A stretch of 61,396 nt of DNA, the filler included, from Nemertoderma westbladi (Eukaryota > Animalia > Xenacoelomorpha), in NCBI GenBank assembly GCA_032718475.1. It is 3 parts of 3 records of this genome, joined end to end, with 100 filler letters (N's around TTAATTAATTAA, not from the genome) between each part and the next. Parts side by side here need not be neighbours in the genome. Positions count along the whole stretch, not along the records: positions 48,405 to 61,396 come from JAUCBJ010004108.1; 2 more parts are not named here. One strand, 5' to 3'. This document shows, piece after piece, positions 58,126 through 61,396 of the stretch; positions within the stretch are counted from its first letter, which is position 1; each line of letters starts with the position of its first letter. The translations under genes and the position numbers were made by a program. The notes under the pieces were generated by a model. The model ran no database searches. It saw only the letters and a list, made by a program, of their open reading frames with translations, and was not told the origin of the DNA.

Positions 58126-59311
58126 ATTAATTAGATTGTTAATATTGAATTATCCCCACAATTACCAACGTCATTCGCCCCTCTCAAAAATGATTGTTTT
58201 TTTATCTAGTCACAAACATCCTCGGATGGAGGCGGGCTGAATACTACTGGAGAACATTAATTGGGATGTGGACCAAACAGGAACATCGCGTGGGGAACAA
58301 AAAGAACAAATTCTTGAGAAATCCGTCGGCCGAAGCCGTAGGCGACCCGAAGTAAACGACGAAATAATAGGTCATGCAGCGAGTCTAATGCTGAAATTAG
58401 CGTGGGACGATCGTTTAAATAATAGGTCATGCAGCGAGTCTAATACTGAAATTAGCGTGGGACGATCGTTTTCCAATTTATGGCACTTTATTCATAATAT
58501 TTCCTTAGAAACTTCTTATATGCTACTTCGGTTAGGTGGATATGATTAAGGTTGATTGAAATGTAACAAAAGAAATGGTATAAATAGTAACCCAATTTAT
58601 AGGTCGATTATCTCCAAATATTTTTTTCATGAAATTGTCAACTTCAAAACCCTACTACTTCTACAATTTTTGAGTAATTAGTCTGAAACTTCCTGTGGGT
58701 GTCTAGATAGCCACCCTGCATAAAAGTATCAGACAACTTTTCGAAATTTTTTGTTAATAAAATTTAATATTATTTATAAAAAACTTAAAAATTCGCATAA
58801 ATTTGCAGCGCCACCTAGCGGTGCAGAATTATTTTAACAAAATTTCGCCTGATAGTTATGTTGCCCCATCTTTGATCTATCATATAAAAAAACTTTCATG
58901 TGATTAGATTCAAAACTGTAAAAGCCTTAGGGTTTTAAGCGCAACCAAGTTTTTTTTATTGTTAACTAGTATTAACTAATACTAAATAGCGAAAAATGTT
59001 TTTTTCTGACCTGTCATGTAGAATAGCATATTAGGCACCTATATGCCAAATTTTAGCCAAAACTAAACAATTTTGAAACGTTGAGAGTGATAAATCGAAG
59101 AGTTGTCCGAAAACGGTGTAGCCCCCCCCCCCCCCCCCCCTTATGATTAGAAACTTTTATCGTCTAGGATTACATGCCCCCAAAGTTAGAACTTTGCACC
59201 CAGTTACCTTGACAACAACAATATGATTATTCCAGAAATACATTTTATTACATTTCTATGAACCTTCCTTAGTCATCATATCCACCTAACTAAAGTAGCA
59301 TTTTTTACATT

Positions 59312-59951
<640 letters not shown>

Positions 59952-60672
59952 GTGACATTTTGCCCTATTTACTAATTATAATTGTGCACTAAGGCTCGCC
60001 CTGACTGCGTGGCTCGCCCCAAATTCTATAATTCAAATAAGCAGTTAGTGAACTGCACAAGAAATATATTACTATTGACAATATTGAAATATATTATTGT
60101 TGACAACGTTAATGTTAGTTAGTAGTAAAAGTAATTAAATATAACAGTAGAAAATGAATAGCGAATAATTATATTTGGGGCCACGTAATTTAACTACCAT
60201 TACAATATTGTTTTGTGGTAAATTCATGTTTGTTAACAATATTATCGATTTCATAAATCATGTCTTCGATGAAAATAATATGGAACCATTGTTTTATCTT
60301 AATTATTTATCCATCGAATTTATATCCATAGCAGAGAAAACTGCTCTCTGTTGCCGTTTCCCAGGTTGCGGATAGGGATAACATTACACTTCCACAAAAT
60401 ATTTTCTATGATCAATGATAAAAAAAGAGTGTTTATATTATATGAAATTTTTCTGTTTTTTTTGAATAAATTATATGAGATTAATTTTACTTTGTCTGTA
60501 TTTAAGCGCCTTAGAAATTGCCCGGGGCGGAAAGCATCTTTATAATAAATTACAAATAGCGTCAAACCGTTGTATTCTCATCAGTTCAACCAGATATTAA
60601 TTGAATTAATATTTACAAATTGTCGAAACTTCATAAATAAATAAAACATAATTTACGAAATAATCAAAATAC

Positions 60673-61071
60673 CTGTAAGTAATGAGCCACAGTGTAGTAA
60701 GCCATATACACAGTGGAGTCACTAAGCGCTTCTATCAGTGTCTCCGGTTCCCATGGCAACCGGGTCCCCAACCCGTAACTACGGGAACACGCGTGCTCCC
60801 TCAACCAATCGAGCGTGGCGACGAAGTTCCGCCGGGTATCCTCCGTGTAGGTCTCCAAGTCGGCCAGTAGACCCCGGGTATCCGCCTTCCATTGGGGCTC
60901 CCCGTAGTCCAGGTACCACTGGTCGCACAACGCGACCACGCATTGGTCCCCCGAGCGGGACACCACCTCCTTCTCGGGCTCCTGGTACACAGCCGCCTCT
61001 CCCCGGCCCACCATCAACTCCTGTATCTTCTTCTTAACGTCGGCAACTTTCTCCCCGGCGAAGTCGCCAAC
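60673..61071 (-). CDS. LARS1: Leucyl-tRNA synthetase internal exon
   Basis: VGDFAGEKV...[23 protein letters not shown]...[14 protein letters not shown]...[18 protein letters not shown]; TAG acceptor, GT donor, 399 nt. Confidence 0.97.
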
Positions 61072-61396
61072 CTAAGCAACAAAATAGTCACATTTACAAC
61101 AGGATCTCGAATCTTGCAAGGAAAGATTGCGGGCAGTAGATTCAGCCAATAACAATTTACTTATAGATACAGGGGGTGGGGGGGGGGGGGGACTGGACGC
61201 AAAACCCGCCTTGGCGAATTAATATCCCGCCTCAATGTTAAATTCTCAATTTAGGGAAAGGAGCAGGTTACAGTGGCACGATATTTTAACCAAAACAATA
61301 AACTAAACACAATAGAATAGGTTACAGTTTATTTTTGAGAGTAATCATCTGTTATTTCTATTTGCGTCGAATTTCCCCTGGAGAGGGATTAATTTT

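Overview
AT-rich, repeat-dense invertebrate (metazoan) genomic DNA in three contigs joined by N/TTAATTAATTAA linkers (28900-28999, 48305-48404). The first 15.5 kb is the right-hand part of an endogenous Polinton/Maverick (adintovirus-like) virus. On + it carries two tandem minor capsid (penton) genes, a basic core protein, the major capsid protein, an adenain protease and an accessory ORF. On - it carries a group-2 protein-primed PolB (Zn fingers, OTU-like and EndoVII/HNH modules, one homopolymer frameshift) overlapping a TATA-binding-protein (TBP)-like gene, plus a 121-aa orphan. The virus also has TATA-Inr motifs with no long ORF downstream and three hairpin-rich non-coding islands. It ends in a probable ...CTACTACT terminus inserted into the protease region of a decayed BEL/Pao element. 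The most interesting system is the combination of a virus-encoded TBP, repeated TATA promoters and candidate structured ncRNAs; its novelty cannot be verified without searches. The rest of the window holds an otopetrin terminal exon, a Crypton tyrosine recombinase split by an 85-copy 40-bp satellite derived from its own coding sequence, a Transib/RAG-like transposase relic, a small secreted peptide-precursor gene, a young intact Ty3/gypsy element, RTE LINE fragments, nested non-autonomous DNA transposons, several minisatellites, and the last three exons of cytosolic leucyl-tRNA synthetase.
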